DNA from: an uncultured virus (IMG/VR IMGVR_UViG_3300028025_000094)
Lineage: Duplodnaviria; Heunggongvirae; Uroviricota; Caudoviricetes
Strand: one strand, 5' to 3'
IMG/VR virus record: IMGVR_UViG_3300028025_000094
Length of the DNA: 64,000 nt
Positions 19,617 through 29,338 of the stretch are shown here, piece after piece; the first letter of the stretch is position 1, and each line of letters opens with the position of its first letter. The notes below the pieces were generated by a model. That model saw only the letters and a list, made by a program, of their open reading frames with translations. It was not told the DNA's origin and did not search any database. Made by a program: the position numbers and the translations under genes.

Positions 19617-20579
19617 ATGAAAGTATTGGGATTCAAAAAATGGTATGAAGGGAAGACTGAAAAACATGCTCATAGTGTTTCTTCGGGAGCTGGATTTTCT
19701 AGAATAGGAGAAAATATATTTAGACTCCCCCAGAAATTGCTGCAGATAGAAATAGACGTTTTAACAGAAAGTGTTGATGTCAAAAAATCTAAGAATAGAA
19801 TAGATCGATATTTTTTGTCGAGTAATCCAGATCTATATGGAGAGGATCAGATTAAATCTATTAAAAAAATTCTAGCGGAGGGTAAACAAAGGGGAAATCA
19901 ATTCTTTTTGGTTGGATACGACCTAACTTCCGCAGATCCCAAAAAGTGCTATAAAAATTCACTCAAGTCAGTAGAGGTATTTAAGAAATCTTTTGATTTC
20001 ATGGAAGCCATCCCTACCAGGGGAATGGGAAAAATGGAACCAGTCCATGAAAATTATTTATCGAAGATTCCAACAAGAATGATTAAACAGAGAATAGAAC
20101 TAATTGAATGTCACTTTAATCTAGATGACATTGAATCTGAAATTAATATTCCATTCTATTTTAACCCGAATGATTATTCTCTCCTAGAAAAATATCAGAT
20201 ATGTCTGAAAGGAATATTATTTCAAGCAATACTTAAAAATGAAAGGTTTGGACTCGATGTGAATGCTTCTAAGCCGTGGACATCATCAAAGAGGAATGAG
20301 CTAAATGAAAGTAATAAGAAAAAGGAGGATCAAGGTATTTTAATGGAAATGAAATATCCAACACCTGAAAAATCGTCTCTGCTTTACCCTCAGAATAAAC
20401 CAATTCAAACCAGTAACAAAATAACGGTTAAGGAATTAACGGAAAGAAGGGCTTTATCTATTGTTGAATATTTAAATAAGATTTCTTTTGGAATGCCGAT
20501 TGAATATTTTCCTAAAGGAATTGGGTACAAAGAAGGTAATCCTTCTTTAAATTTGGTATTTAAAAATTTAGAATCCTAG
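19617..20579 (+). CDS. Protein with degenerate OmpA-C-like domain(s)
   Basis: LTERRALSIVEYL...KGIG resembles LSxxRAxxVxxYL..GxG; earlier RGMGKMEP. Confidence 0.4.
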   Translation: MKVLGFKKWYEGKTEKHAHSVSSGAGFSRIGENIFRLPQKLLQIEIDVLTESVDVKKSKNRIDRYFLSSNPDLYGEDQIKSIKKILAEGKQRGNQFFLVGYDLTSADPKKCYKNSLKSVEVFKKSFDFMEAIPTRGMGKMEPVHENYLSKIPTRMIKQRIELIECHFNLDDIESEINIPFYFNPNDYSLLEKYQICLKGILFQAILKNERFGLDVNASKPWTSSKRNELNESNKKKEDQGILMEMKYPTPEKSSLLYPQNKPIQTSNKITVKELTERRALSIVEYLNKISFGMPIEYFPKGIGYKEGNPSLNLVFKNLES

Positions 20580-21449
20580 CTCTCCTAGATCTGCTGATGT
20601 TTTATATCCGCTATCTTCCCCGTGTATTTTTGTAATTTCCTCCCAGACAAGAGGTAGATTATTTCTAATAGAATTTAACACCCCTGGGCTTGGGTTGAGT
20701 TTAACAATTGCATCAGCTAAATCAGTATCACTTATCATTCCTTTAAAGAATTGTGCATAATTTATATCCTCTGATAAAATATTGATGAAATATTCTTTAC
20801 TCTGAATTGCTTCCTCTACAGCTTCAACTGCATATTTAGGAGTAACTGTCATATATTCTCCCATTATAAATTTGTGCATATTACGGAAAAGCTTATAATC
20901 GGGTTTGTTTGGTTTACCATAGTTATTTCCTGATAAATCTATACTTCCTGATATTAGGAAAGGACCATCGCTAATATCGGTGATCATATTGTTTTTTAGA
21001 TTAAAATCTCCGAAAACAAATCTTGGAGCACCTTTTAATGATCCAATCAAGGAGTTGCTGACATCAAAATTTTCAACCATATAAGGTGATCCCTTTAAGG
21101 ATTTTAAATTAGTACTGCTTGCATCAAAACTTTTACAACTTTTTGGAGCACCAAGCAGATTTAGTATTTCTGAGCCACTACAATCAAAATTCCCCCCGAC
21201 CTTCCCAAACGTAAATCCTAGATCTTTTATGGATTTGATTTCAATATCATTATTTATTGTTACATTATAAGCAAAATCAATATCATTAGAATCATTGTTC
21301 AATTTCCAAGAATTATAAAAGGGAACGTCGGTTAGTATAATTTTTTTCTCCGCTATAGCTCGAGAAACCGCTTCTTCTTGATCCGTTTTAAGCAGATTCT
21401 CGTTCAAGCTGTATTTTTTAGTGTTTAGAAATGAGTTGTAAGTAAACAT
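20568..21449 (-). CDS. SLKGAP-repeat protein with C-terminal ADLGELGF tag
   Basis: Likely start MFTYNSFLN at 21449; repeats VGGNFDCS/LKSLKGSP/SLKGAP; ends LPLVWEEI...TSADLGELGF. Confidence 0.65.
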   Translation of the reverse strand: MFTYNSFLNTKKYSLNENLLKTDQEEAVSRAIAEKKIILTDVPFYNSWKLNNDSNDIDFAYNVTINNDIEIKSIKDLGFTFGKVGGNFDCSGSEILNLLGAPKSCKSFDASSTNLKSLKGSPYMVENFDVSNSLIGSLKGAPRFVFGDFNLKNNMITDISDGPFLISGSIDLSGNNYGKPNKPDYKLFRNMHKFIMGEYMTVTPKYAVEAVEEAIQSKEYFINILSEDINYAQFFKGMISDTDLADAIVKLNPSPGVLNSIRNNLPLVWEEITKIHGEDSGYKTSADLGELGF

Positions 21450-21493
21450 GTTGATTATATAGATGATATATATGTCAAAATCAAAAATAGTAA

Positions 21494-22120
21494 ATGGATT
21501 CACAGCATATGTTTGAAATAACCGGAGCGATTATCATAGCAGTAATCACCGCATTAATAGGACCGGCTATTTTAGAGTACGTAAAGGTAAAATTGTCTCC
21601 TCAGCCAGCTGATCCTATAAAGAAAGAACTAGAACACTCGTGTATTATAAATGATGAATTAGAATCAATCAGAGAGGAAATGAATTCAGATAGATGCTGG
21701 ATTTCAATGTTTCATAACGGAGGTCATTATTTACATGGAAATAAATCTATGCAAAAATTCTCTATCATGTTTGAATCTAGCTCTCCTGGAGTATCAGGAG
21801 TTGGAATGATCTTTAATAACATACCGGTATCCTTATTCTCTAAATCAGTTGATGAAATCATTAAAAGTGGACATATCTATATTAAGAATTATTCGGATCC
21901 CACTATTGCTACGTTTGGTTTAAAAGAGGCTGCTACTGCTTCAGGTACGGAATCAAGTTATTCCATTGGTTTATTTGATATTAAAAATGAGCAGTGTATT
22001 GGAACAATGGGAATTGATTATTTAGATGCGACTGAATTAACAGATGACCAATTAACGATCCTAAATTCCAAAGCTCAAAGGGTTGCTGGATTCCTTTCCA
22101 CCTTTATCAGATCTAAATAA
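21494..22120 (+). CDS. Single-TM plus GAF-like protein, holin candidate
   Basis: N-terminal TM, then DRCWISMFHNGG and CIGTMGIDY GAF-like strands. Confidence 0.45.
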   Translation: MDSQHMFEITGAIIIAVITALIGPAILEYVKVKLSPQPADPIKKELEHSCIINDELESIREEMNSDRCWISMFHNGGHYLHGNKSMQKFSIMFESSSPGVSGVGMIFNNIPVSLFSKSVDEIIKSGHIYIKNYSDPTIATFGLKEAATASGTESSYSIGLFDIKNEQCIGTMGIDYLDATELTDDQLTILNSKAQRVAGFLSTFIRSK

Positions 22121-22768
22121 TTACTTATTCAAAGACCTTTCTATTTTTTCACCATCGGGTTTGCTGTAAACAATCTTTGAAGGATTAACAGTGTAACTTA
22201 CATCTTTTAATTTATCAGTATATTTTTCGCCCGTCCCCTTTTTTAGATATGCAATAGTAGAGTGTGGATGGTAATCTGGGTAGTCAGTAGTGTGTGGCAA
22301 CTTTGTTAACTCGCCGTTTATTTTATGTAAATGATCTCCGTCAACATCAAATTTTAAAACATCATATTTGTCGTTATTGAAGCAAGAAGCATTATGCAAT
22401 TTAAGCTCTTTAGGCACCCCGAATTTTGTTGATGTATCTAAAACCCTATCATCATCTATTTCGTCTGAATGTAGACCGTATAGTAATGTCGTGTGCGGTT
22501 CTTTTTCTAATCCGTATGAAGAATCTCCATCTTCTGTATAGATATCATCTTCCTCTATCAATGAGTGCATTTCACTCATTTTTGGAAAGTCGAAATAAAT
22601 CATCGAGCATCCATAATCATATGCTTCCTTGATACCCTCATCTACAGGAACACAATTAGGAACAGTTTTACCTTTCTTCTTTTTAGTTCCTATTTGTTTG
22701 TATCCTTTCCAACAAGGATTACTTTCTGTGATGTTCTGAAATTCGTCAAATTTTTTAATCAGTTTCAT
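22121..22768 (-). CDS. 2H phosphoesterase (T4 gp57B/Acb1-like) with leader and CWKGY module
   Basis: PHTTLLYG and PHSTIAY HxT motifs; N-terminus MKLIKKFDEF..ES then PCWKGYKQIG...VPNCVP. Confidence 0.75.
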   Translation of the reverse strand: MKLIKKFDEFQNITESNPCWKGYKQIGTKKKKGKTVPNCVPVDEGIKEAYDYGCSMIYFDFPKMSEMHSLIEEDDIYTEDGDSSYGLEKEPHTTLLYGLHSDEIDDDRVLDTSTKFGVPKELKLHNASCFNNDKYDVLKFDVDGDHLHKINGELTKLPHTTDYPDYHPHSTIAYLKKGTGEKYTDKLKDVSYTVNPSKIVYSKPDGEKIERSLNK

Positions 22769-22777
22769 TTTTTAATC

Positions 22778-23650
22778 TTATTTATTAGAATCCTTTTCTA
22801 TTCTTTTAATTATATTTTCTGCCACAATTTGATGACATTTCAGAGAAGGGTGATGATCCTTTGGTGTTTCTGAGAAATTTTCTGAGTCCCATTTAATTGT
22901 TAATTCCCCTTTGGAGTTTTGATTATGTCCGTCACGCTCCATTAAATCCTGCATGCTTGAATACATTCTTCCATTATAAGATATTTTAAGAAATCTTTCC
23001 TTTAGCCAATCATCTTTCTCTATCATCTCTATATACTCAGGAGGCCAAGTTAATAACAAAGTTTTTATCCCATTATTTTCGCAGTCCATAAGAAACCTCT
23101 TAACGTTTTGTAATCCTTTATTCTTATAATCTTCAAGCCAAATTTCTAGAGTTGTTTGTTTAGAATCTAGATACTTTAAAAAAAGATCAGACATTGGCGG
23201 TTCCCAAACCTGATGAAAAGCAATATCATGTATTTCTGATTCTGTTTGTAATATAAAATGTTCTCTTTGCCATTGTGTAAGCTGAAATATAACATACGAA
23301 ATCTCTTCATATTTTATACGAGGAACATGATATTCGTTGTGCCATTCTTTTGACCCTTCAATTTGGTTAAAACATTTTTCCCACCATTCTATAGCTCCCT
23401 CATTAGATCCTCCATTAGCGGGATAGACAAATTCAAAAGAATTAAAATGATCTGCAACTATTCTAGGAAATCTTACCGACTCCATGAATCTAATATGTGA
23501 CCCTGTTAAAAGTTTTGAATCATAGCAATCCGGAGGTGGTTCTTTTAGTGTTGACAAATTACTATAGTAATATAATCCCTGTCCCCACGTGAAAGAACAT
23601 CCGGCAAATATCATACCTTTTCCTACTTTAGCGTTTTCTTTGAATTCCAT
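22778..23650 (-). CDS. SGNH/GDSL-like protein
   Basis: FAGCSFTWGQG, NGGSN, DHHPS. Confidence 0.65.
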   Translation of the reverse strand: MEFKENAKVGKGMIFAGCSFTWGQGLYYYSNLSTLKEPPPDCYDSKLLTGSHIRFMESVRFPRIVADHFNSFEFVYPANGGSNEGAIEWWEKCFNQIEGSKEWHNEYHVPRIKYEEISYVIFQLTQWQREHFILQTESEIHDIAFHQVWEPPMSDLFLKYLDSKQTTLEIWLEDYKNKGLQNVKRFLMDCENNGIKTLLLTWPPEYIEMIEKDDWLKERFLKISYNGRMYSSMQDLMERDGHNQNSKGELTIKWDSENFSETPKDHHPSLKCHQIVAENIIKRIEKDSNK

Positions 23651-23657
23651 AAATATT

Positions 23658-24371
23658 TTATATTTCGAAGTGTTTTATTATTCGGTTAGCAAGTTCTATT
23701 AGTGGTTCTTTCGCTGGATGTTTTTTATTGTAAAAAAGATTAGTGTCCATAGTTGCTTCCAATATTTTTTCTTTGATCAGTAATTCTCTCTGTATGATGT
23801 CTTCTCCTATTGCTGGAAAATCATACAGACTTCCCTTTCCCTCTTCTAGCCATTCGAATGCATGACTTTCTGGACATTCTTTACCCGATATCTCTTGTCT
23901 CCAATTATCAATTCTAAATTCCACCCAATCTAAGAGATAGCTTCTCGTGCTTCTTATTGGAGCATGCCCTCCTATTATTGCCCATTTAGTTTTTGGAAAT
24001 TCCTGTTTTATCCTTGTAACCCTTCCGTATATTCTTTCCGCTAGAATATCCAGGGTTTGATCAAATCCAAATTCTTCAAACATTCCGTTTTGTGTTTCCA
24101 AAGAAGCACTTTCCCCAAGATCTCTCATAAGCTCCGAATGAAACCAAATGATCAAATCTATTTCCATAGGAGTGTCTTTAGTTGCATTAAGAAACACCTC
24201 AGCCTGAGCTAATTGGTAATGATTCTGATTTCCTCCCCAGCTTTTATTGAATGTCGGGTGACCTTTTTTTAAAAATTGAAATTCAAACCAATCTGCTGGA
24301 CTTTGGTCATGATTCCAAATATGACACGGGGTAATTCCCCAGGTGTCTCCAAGTATTAAAATGTTTGCCAT
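23658..24371 (-). CDS. SGNH/GDSL-like protein (divergent)
   Basis: ILGDTWG, WGGNQN, KKHP. Confidence 0.55.
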   Translation of the reverse strand: MANILILGDTWGITPCHIWNHDQSPADWFEFQFLKKGHPTFNKSWGGNQNHYQLAQAEVFLNATKDTPMEIDLIIWFHSELMRDLGESASLETQNGMFEEFGFDQTLDILAERIYGRVTRIKQEFPKTKWAIIGGHAPIRSTRSYLLDWVEFRIDNWRQEISGKECPESHAFEWLEEGKGSLYDFPAIGEDIIQRELLIKEKILEATMDTNLFYNKKHPAKEPLIELANRIIKHFEI

Positions 24372-25255
24372 CAGCTTTTTTTATTTTCTATAAATTCTAT
24401 TATGTTATCAGCTATAACCTGATGGCATTTCAATGAAGGATGACTATCTTGTGGCGGGATTTTGAAATTTTCATAGTCTTTATAGATCTCAAATTCTGGA
24501 TTATCAAGATTCATATGCTCTATACATTTGTATTTTTTTTCGTTATAGTTGAATGTTATCCACCTCTCATATAACCAATCATCTTTTTCTATCCATTGAA
24601 TAAACTCGTGTGGCCAAGCTAGTATATAGGTTTTTAATCCCTTAGATTCGCACTCCATTAAAAATTCTTTCACGTTATTGAGTCCTTTGACCATAAGTTC
24701 AGCATTCATTTGCCCATACACTAAATTGTTATCATTTAAATATTTTTCAAACATATCTTTATATGGTCTATCCCTATTTGGATTATTTTCCCAGTACCAT
24801 TGAATTGGTATTTCTATAACTTCTTCTTCTACCTCACATTTAAAAAGATCTCTCATCCATTGGGTTAATTGAAACACAACATGTGATACCTCATCATAAT
24901 CTATGAATTCAATCTTATTGGGAACTGATCCATGTGATTTTGAAGAAAATATAGCACCAGGATTCCTATTGGTAAAACAACTTTTCCAATAATTTACAAT
25001 TTGATCATTAGCACCCCCATTTTGTGGCTGAACCCACTCGAATGTATTGAAGTGCTTTGCTACTAATCTCGGGTATCTTACTGATTCTCTAAATCGATGG
25101 TGTGATTCTGTGTAGATGTTATAATATCCCCATGGATTATTTTGATCCCTTAGGGTTGTCAAATTGCTGTAATAATACAATCCCTGCCCCCACGTATAAG
25201 AACACCCGGCAAAGATCATTCCTTTAGTTATACTAGCATCTTTTTTTGGTATCAT
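24371..25255 (-). CDS. SGNH/GDSL-like protein
   Basis: FAGCSYTWGQG, NGGAN, DSHPS; close paralogue of 22778..23650. Confidence 0.65.
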   Translation of the reverse strand: MIPKKDASITKGMIFAGCSYTWGQGLYYYSNLTTLRDQNNPWGYYNIYTESHHRFRESVRYPRLVAKHFNTFEWVQPQNGGANDQIVNYWKSCFTNRNPGAIFSSKSHGSVPNKIEFIDYDEVSHVVFQLTQWMRDLFKCEVEEEVIEIPIQWYWENNPNRDRPYKDMFEKYLNDNNLVYGQMNAELMVKGLNNVKEFLMECESKGLKTYILAWPHEFIQWIEKDDWLYERWITFNYNEKKYKCIEHMNLDNPEFEIYKDYENFKIPPQDSHPSLKCHQVIADNIIEFIENKKS

Positions 25256-25257
25256 TT

Positions 25258-25698
25258 TTATTCTATTATCCTTCCTGCTCCCCTGTAACTTTTTTCATAC
25301 TTAGGTTCATTGATACTTGAGATCTTTACAACATCACCCCTCTGTGGTGAATGCAAAAATAATCCTTCTCCTAAATAACATCCACAATGCCAACCGCTGG
25401 GACTTCTCGTACTTCTAAAAAATATAAGATCTCCTACCTTTAAACTGTCCTTGGATATTCTAGATGTAGAGTTCCATTGTTTATAACAAACACTCGGTAT
25501 GTTTAAATTATAAACCTGCTTGTATAAATTTTTATTTAGGTTAGAGCAATCTATTCCTCTTTTAGTGCTTCCCCCTAGAAGATAGGGTGTTCCGCTCCAC
25601 TCCTTTATAAATGCTGATAAATTAGAATCTATCTTTAAATCCTGTCCTCTTACAATACCTGCCTGGAGTATTAATAAGAATAATATAATTCTTTTCAT
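25258..25698 (-). CDS. Secreted NlpC/P60 (C40) peptidase
   Basis: Signal peptide MKRIILFLL; GTPYLLGG, GIDCS, GDLIFF, WHCG, FLHS. Confidence 0.9.
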   Translation of the reverse strand: MKRIILFLLILQAGIVRGQDLKIDSNLSAFIKEWSGTPYLLGGSTKRGIDCSNLNKNLYKQVYNLNIPSVCYKQWNSTSRISKDSLKVGDLIFFRSTRSPSGWHCGCYLGEGLFLHSPQRGDVVKISSINEPKYEKSYRGAGRIIE

Positions 25699-25767
25699 TC
25701 CTCTATCTATCCTCACAAAAAAGTCCAGAATAATCTAGACTTTTAATATTTTACGAATTTCCTAAGA

Positions 25768-26250
25768 TTATTTTTGATTTTGGGAAGGATCGTCTAATTT
25801 TTGAATATACGCATCAATCAATCGACTAACAGCTTCTGGTTTATCGTCCGATTTGAATTTTACTTTTATTTTAGCCATGCCTGAAGAATCTGTATTTTTC
25901 CCGGAGTCAATTTCTATACTTTTAAGGTTGTGCACATAATTATTTTTCTTAAATAATCCTAGAATTGATTTTTTTAAATTAGAAACCTCTGCTTCACTGT
26001 CTCCAAATATTAATCTGGCTTCAAATTCTATATCAAGCTCTTCTAAACCTATAGATGAATGATCTGCTAAAATATACAAGGGGATGTCTAAATCTCTATC
26101 CCCTATTTTAAATCTCTTCATTTTAGGTACACCAGCGGAATCAAAATAATTTCTTAGTGAATTAATATGTTGCCTTTCGCTTATCCCCTTTGCGACCATT
26201 CCCGCTTCTAGTAGACCTCCTACCAGTTCTTCTATATTAAGTCTCGACAT
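25768..26250 (-). CDS. DUF2589-like protein (short type)
   Basis: DIPLYILADHSSIGLEELDIEF, IKVKF...PEAVSRLID; parallels adjacent gene. Confidence 0.65.
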   Translation of the reverse strand: MSRLNIEELVGGLLEAGMVAKGISERQHINSLRNYFDSAGVPKMKRFKIGDRDLDIPLYILADHSSIGLEELDIEFEARLIFGDSEAEVSNLKKSILGLFKKNNYVHNLKSIEIDSGKNTDSSGMAKIKVKFKSDDKPEAVSRLIDAYIQKLDDPSQNQK

Positions 26251-26309
26251 ATAAATTATTTTTTAACAAGTGAGTAAAAATATAAAAAATCTATTAAAAA
26301 TAGATGATA

Positions 26310-26333
26310 AAACGGGGGATATATCCCCCGTTT
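26310..26333. terminator. Perfect 24-bp palindrome, probable terminator
   Basis: AAACGGGGGATATATCCCCCGTTT between the two DUF2589 genes. Confidence 0.65.
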
Positions 26334-26399
26334 AAAGTTTAACCAAGTTTAGTTGACCTACTGATTATAGAATAAAATCAGATATGGTTTCTGATACTA

Positions 26400-27014
26400 T
26401 TACTTGTTTTGATCTACCGCTTGTGGAACTACAGAAGGCTCCATCATCATGTTTAACATGTCAGAAAGCTTTAGCATTCCTTCAGTAGCTGGTAATTGCT
26501 CTGCATGAACCTTTACGTTGTACTTGGCAGAGTTGTCGGTGCTTCTTGTGTTCTCCTTGTGAGTCGAAACTGATCCGCTCATAGAAACGCTGTATTTCAT
26601 ACCCCAGAAACCACCGCTAGCACTAGCATTAAGTGTCGCAGAACTATCAGAGCTATCTTTAGATTGCTCTGATTGTTTAACTTCCATTGTGAATTCAATG
26701 TCAGCAGAAGTAATAGCCAAAGAAGGCAAAGGAACTAAAGGTAGCATTGGCACCATAGAATCAATCTGCTGTAATTCCTGTTTTCCAGAGTCTGGATTCG
26801 TTACATATCTGTTCAATTGAACGTCTAAGAATCTGGTTTTAACCTTCTTGTTATTAGGATCACTCGGATCTGCTGGTTCGAAAGCAACTTCTGAAATGTA
26901 CTTCCAGGTAACGTCGTTCAGCTTTGCCTGACCCTTTGCCATCCCAACAAGGGGGGAAACAATCAGATCCTCAATCGGAAGACCTGCGAATTGTTGTGCA
27001 ATGTCGTTTGCCAT
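26400..27014 (-). CDS. DUF2589-family protein
   Basis: QFAGLPIEDLIVSPL, VPMLPLVPLPSLAI, TRSTDNSAKYNVKVHA, EGMLKLSDML. Confidence 0.75.
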   Translation of the reverse strand: MANDIAQQFAGLPIEDLIVSPLVGMAKGQAKLNDVTWKYISEVAFEPADPSDPNNKKVKTRFLDVQLNRYVTNPDSGKQELQQIDSMVPMLPLVPLPSLAITSADIEFTMEVKQSEQSKDSSDSSATLNASASGGFWGMKYSVSMSGSVSTHKENTRSTDNSAKYNVKVHAEQLPATEGMLKLSDMLNMMMEPSVVPQAVDQNK

Positions 27015-27084
27015 AATTTATTTTTTTTTATTTGTCATATGGATACCCATAATCTTTTTTATATATCAATAATCGGGAAAGGTC

Positions 27085-27291
27085 CTATTTACCAAACTTT
27101 ACCATCCCCTTATACTGCTTTTTAACATTCTCTATTTCATCTATAGCGTCTTTAAATTTTTTCTTGATGTCATCATTGACTGTGAAATTCATGATTGTTC
27201 CACAACCTGGACAAACTGAGATCGGGTGCTTCAGTATAAATGCTAGATCTAATCCCAGGGGGGTTCTGCATCCTGGACAGGGTAGTGGCAT
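27085..27291 (-). CDS. Zinc-ribbon protein
   Basis: Two CPGC motifs. Confidence 0.6.
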   Translation of the reverse strand: MPLPCPGCRTPLGLDLAFILKHPISVCPGCGTIMNFTVNDDIKKKFKDAIDEIENVKKQYKGMVKFGK

Positions 27292-27339
27292 ATATCTTTT
27301 ACTATTATAGTGTAATATTGATTATGGGAACAAAATTAT

Positions 27340-27510
27340 TCAATTTAGCACTAAATAAATAATTCCTAATATCAAAATCCCAACGACAAGAAAGAACATT
27401 AATAGGTATAAAGATGGTGAAATCCCGTAATAATTCTTATTTCTCTTAATATCCCCCACTGGTGAAGTAATTTCCACCATAAATGTTTTTTTAGTGTTGC
27501 TTCTTTTCAT
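27340..27510 (-). CDS. Small C-terminally anchored membrane protein (not in ORF track)
   Basis: 56 aa ending LLMFFLVVGILILGIIYLVLN. Confidence 0.35.
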   Translation of the reverse strand: MKRSNTKKTFMVEITSPVGDIKRNKNYYGISPSLYLLMFFLVVGILILGIIYLVLN

Positions 27511-27540
27511 TTTTTATAATGTTTATTTATATATAGAAGA

Positions 27541-28404
27541 ATGAAACACGTACAACTTTTTGAGGGATGGTTAGATTCACTTACCTCTGGATTCTCTGGA
27601 AAGAGTAAGGCAGAACCAGAAGATTATTCCTACAGGGGAACCAAATTTAGGGATGCTAAAGATATGTGGGATCATCCCGAAAGATACAACAAGGATGTCT
27701 ACAAAAATTATGATTCGGCATTAAAAGAATTAGAAACAGATCTTGGGACTAGAGAAATATTAAGTGTCTCGTTCATGGCAGATGAGGTTTTTAGGGAGAT
27801 TCACGATTTAACAAGTCCTACAACATCTTTTGGTACTTCATCGCTTGCTGGTAATGAACCAAAACCCAAGGATCCATGTGATAATGAAATACAAATTCTT
27901 AAAATAGATCCTAATAAGGAATTTTTTTCAAATAGGTATTGGTATGAATACCACAATTTCCATTCTTATTATTTTATGAATGAAAGAATTGGATTTGTAA
28001 CTAAGGGAAGGTTTGAATATCCTGTACATTCTTTTTTCACTAAAGATTTTTATCACAGATGGTTAGAAGATACTGACAAGTTATCAGAGCTTCGTGAGGA
28101 AATAAAAAATGCTCGTAAATATAGATTTTGGAAAACAGATCCTAAGATAATTGCTAGTAGATATACAAAATGTGGGATTGATACGCTATTTAGCGTTGCT
28201 GATGAGATGGAAAGATCGCAAGGCGAAGATTTTTTAATTGCTTGTGATCTTCAGGAAAGAATTAAAAAAGATCCTAACATAACTTTCTCCCTGTTTTTCA
28301 GACTAAGAAAATCTGGATATGATAAATTACTAAAATCGTTACAGGGTGAAATCAGCGATGATACAATGAGTACAATATCAGACTTAGGAGAATTAGGATT
28401 CTAA
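27541..28404 (+). CDS. Leader-bearing protein with C-terminal SDLGELGF tag
   Basis: Starts MKHVQLFEGW, ends TMSTISDLGELGF. Confidence 0.65.
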   Translation: MKHVQLFEGWLDSLTSGFSGKSKAEPEDYSYRGTKFRDAKDMWDHPERYNKDVYKNYDSALKELETDLGTREILSVSFMADEVFREIHDLTSPTTSFGTSSLAGNEPKPKDPCDNEIQILKIDPNKEFFSNRYWYEYHNFHSYYFMNERIGFVTKGRFEYPVHSFFTKDFYHRWLEDTDKLSELREEIKNARKYRFWKTDPKIIASRYTKCGIDTLFSVADEMERSQGEDFLIACDLQERIKKDPNITFSLFFRLRKSGYDKLLKSLQGEISDDTMSTISDLGELGF

Positions 28405-28405
28405 T

Positions 28406-28436
28406 AAAAAAGGTCTAGAAAAACTAGACCTTTTTA
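28406..28436. terminator. Bidirectional intrinsic terminator
   Basis: AAAAAAGGTCTAG-AAAAA-CTAGACCTTTTT. Confidence 0.8.
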
Positions 28437-28438
28437 AT

Positions 28439-29281
28439 TTATGCCAATAAAGCGTAATACTCTTTAAAGTGTTTTAGTCGATCAGCAAGACCTATTGTTC
28501 CACCATTTACTCTTTTAGTAACTGCTGTCACTGTTGCTTCGTCTGCACCCTTATCGCAAATAGACCAAAGCTTATTTGAATCGAAGAAGAATGCTGCAGA
28601 AGCTAATGGGTATTTAGTAGCAACTAAATCTGAACCAGCAACACAGTCTTCACCAATGAACTTACTAAATTTGGTGTAGTTGTCTCTGCCCGTTAATTGG
28701 ATATAACCTCTACCTCTAAATTTGTAACCGTCCTTAGAAGCTTCATCGCCGTTTGCCATTCTGTTAGCATAAACCTTTGATGCAATTAATTCAGGTTTTC
28801 TCTCATACTTCTTTGCTAGATCTTCTGTTGGAAAGTATTTTTTGAATGTTCCCATTAATCCCTTAGCTGAATAGTTAAGGTTTTCGTTTACTGCTTTAAA
28901 TCCACCACTTTCATGACCACATTGGGAAAGAAAATGAGCTAATCTTAAAGGCGTAGTGATATTGAATTTAGCAGCGGTGTCAGGGATCTGTGCGATTACT
29001 GAATCAGGAATGTGCCCTTTAAGTTTTTCTAATTTGAATGAACTTGGAGGAATTGCTGCTGAAACAGGAACCGGTGCAGGGTTCGGTGAGGCTGCCCCCG
29101 CTGGAAACATTTTTGCCCAAGTTCCGTCTCCTACAAGACCATCTGGTGTTAAACCATTAGCTGATTGCCAATCTTTAACTGCTTTTTCTGTGCCAGGTCC
29201 GAAAGAGCCGTCTGCTCCTAGACCTAAAAATGACTGGAGTTTTTTTACGTCTTCTCCTTTAGACCCGACTTTTAGTAACAT
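28439..29281 (-). CDS. Endolysin: PG-binding domain plus GH19 lysozyme/chitinase domain
   Basis: GADGSFGPGTEKAVKDWQ; AHFLSQCGHES, ENLNYS, FRGRGYIQLTGRDNY, TKRVNGG. Confidence 0.92.
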   Translation of the reverse strand: MLLKVGSKGEDVKKLQSFLGLGADGSFGPGTEKAVKDWQSANGLTPDGLVGDGTWAKMFPAGAASPNPAPVPVSAAIPPSSFKLEKLKGHIPDSVIAQIPDTAAKFNITTPLRLAHFLSQCGHESGGFKAVNENLNYSAKGLMGTFKKYFPTEDLAKKYERKPELIASKVYANRMANGDEASKDGYKFRGRGYIQLTGRDNYTKFSKFIGEDCVAGSDLVATKYPLASAAFFFDSNKLWSICDKGADEATVTAVTKRVNGGTIGLADRLKHFKEYYALLA

Positions 29282-29299
29282 AGGGTATATTTTTTATTC

Positions 29300-29333
29300 T
29301 ATATATCTATTTAGTCCCGATCCTGGATATATA
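29300..29333. promoter_or_regulatory. Divergent pair of GATATATA boxes
   Basis: TATATATC 29300-29307 and GATATATA 29326-29333 in a 57-bp intergenic gap. Confidence 0.6.
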
Positions 29334-29338
29334 AAAAT

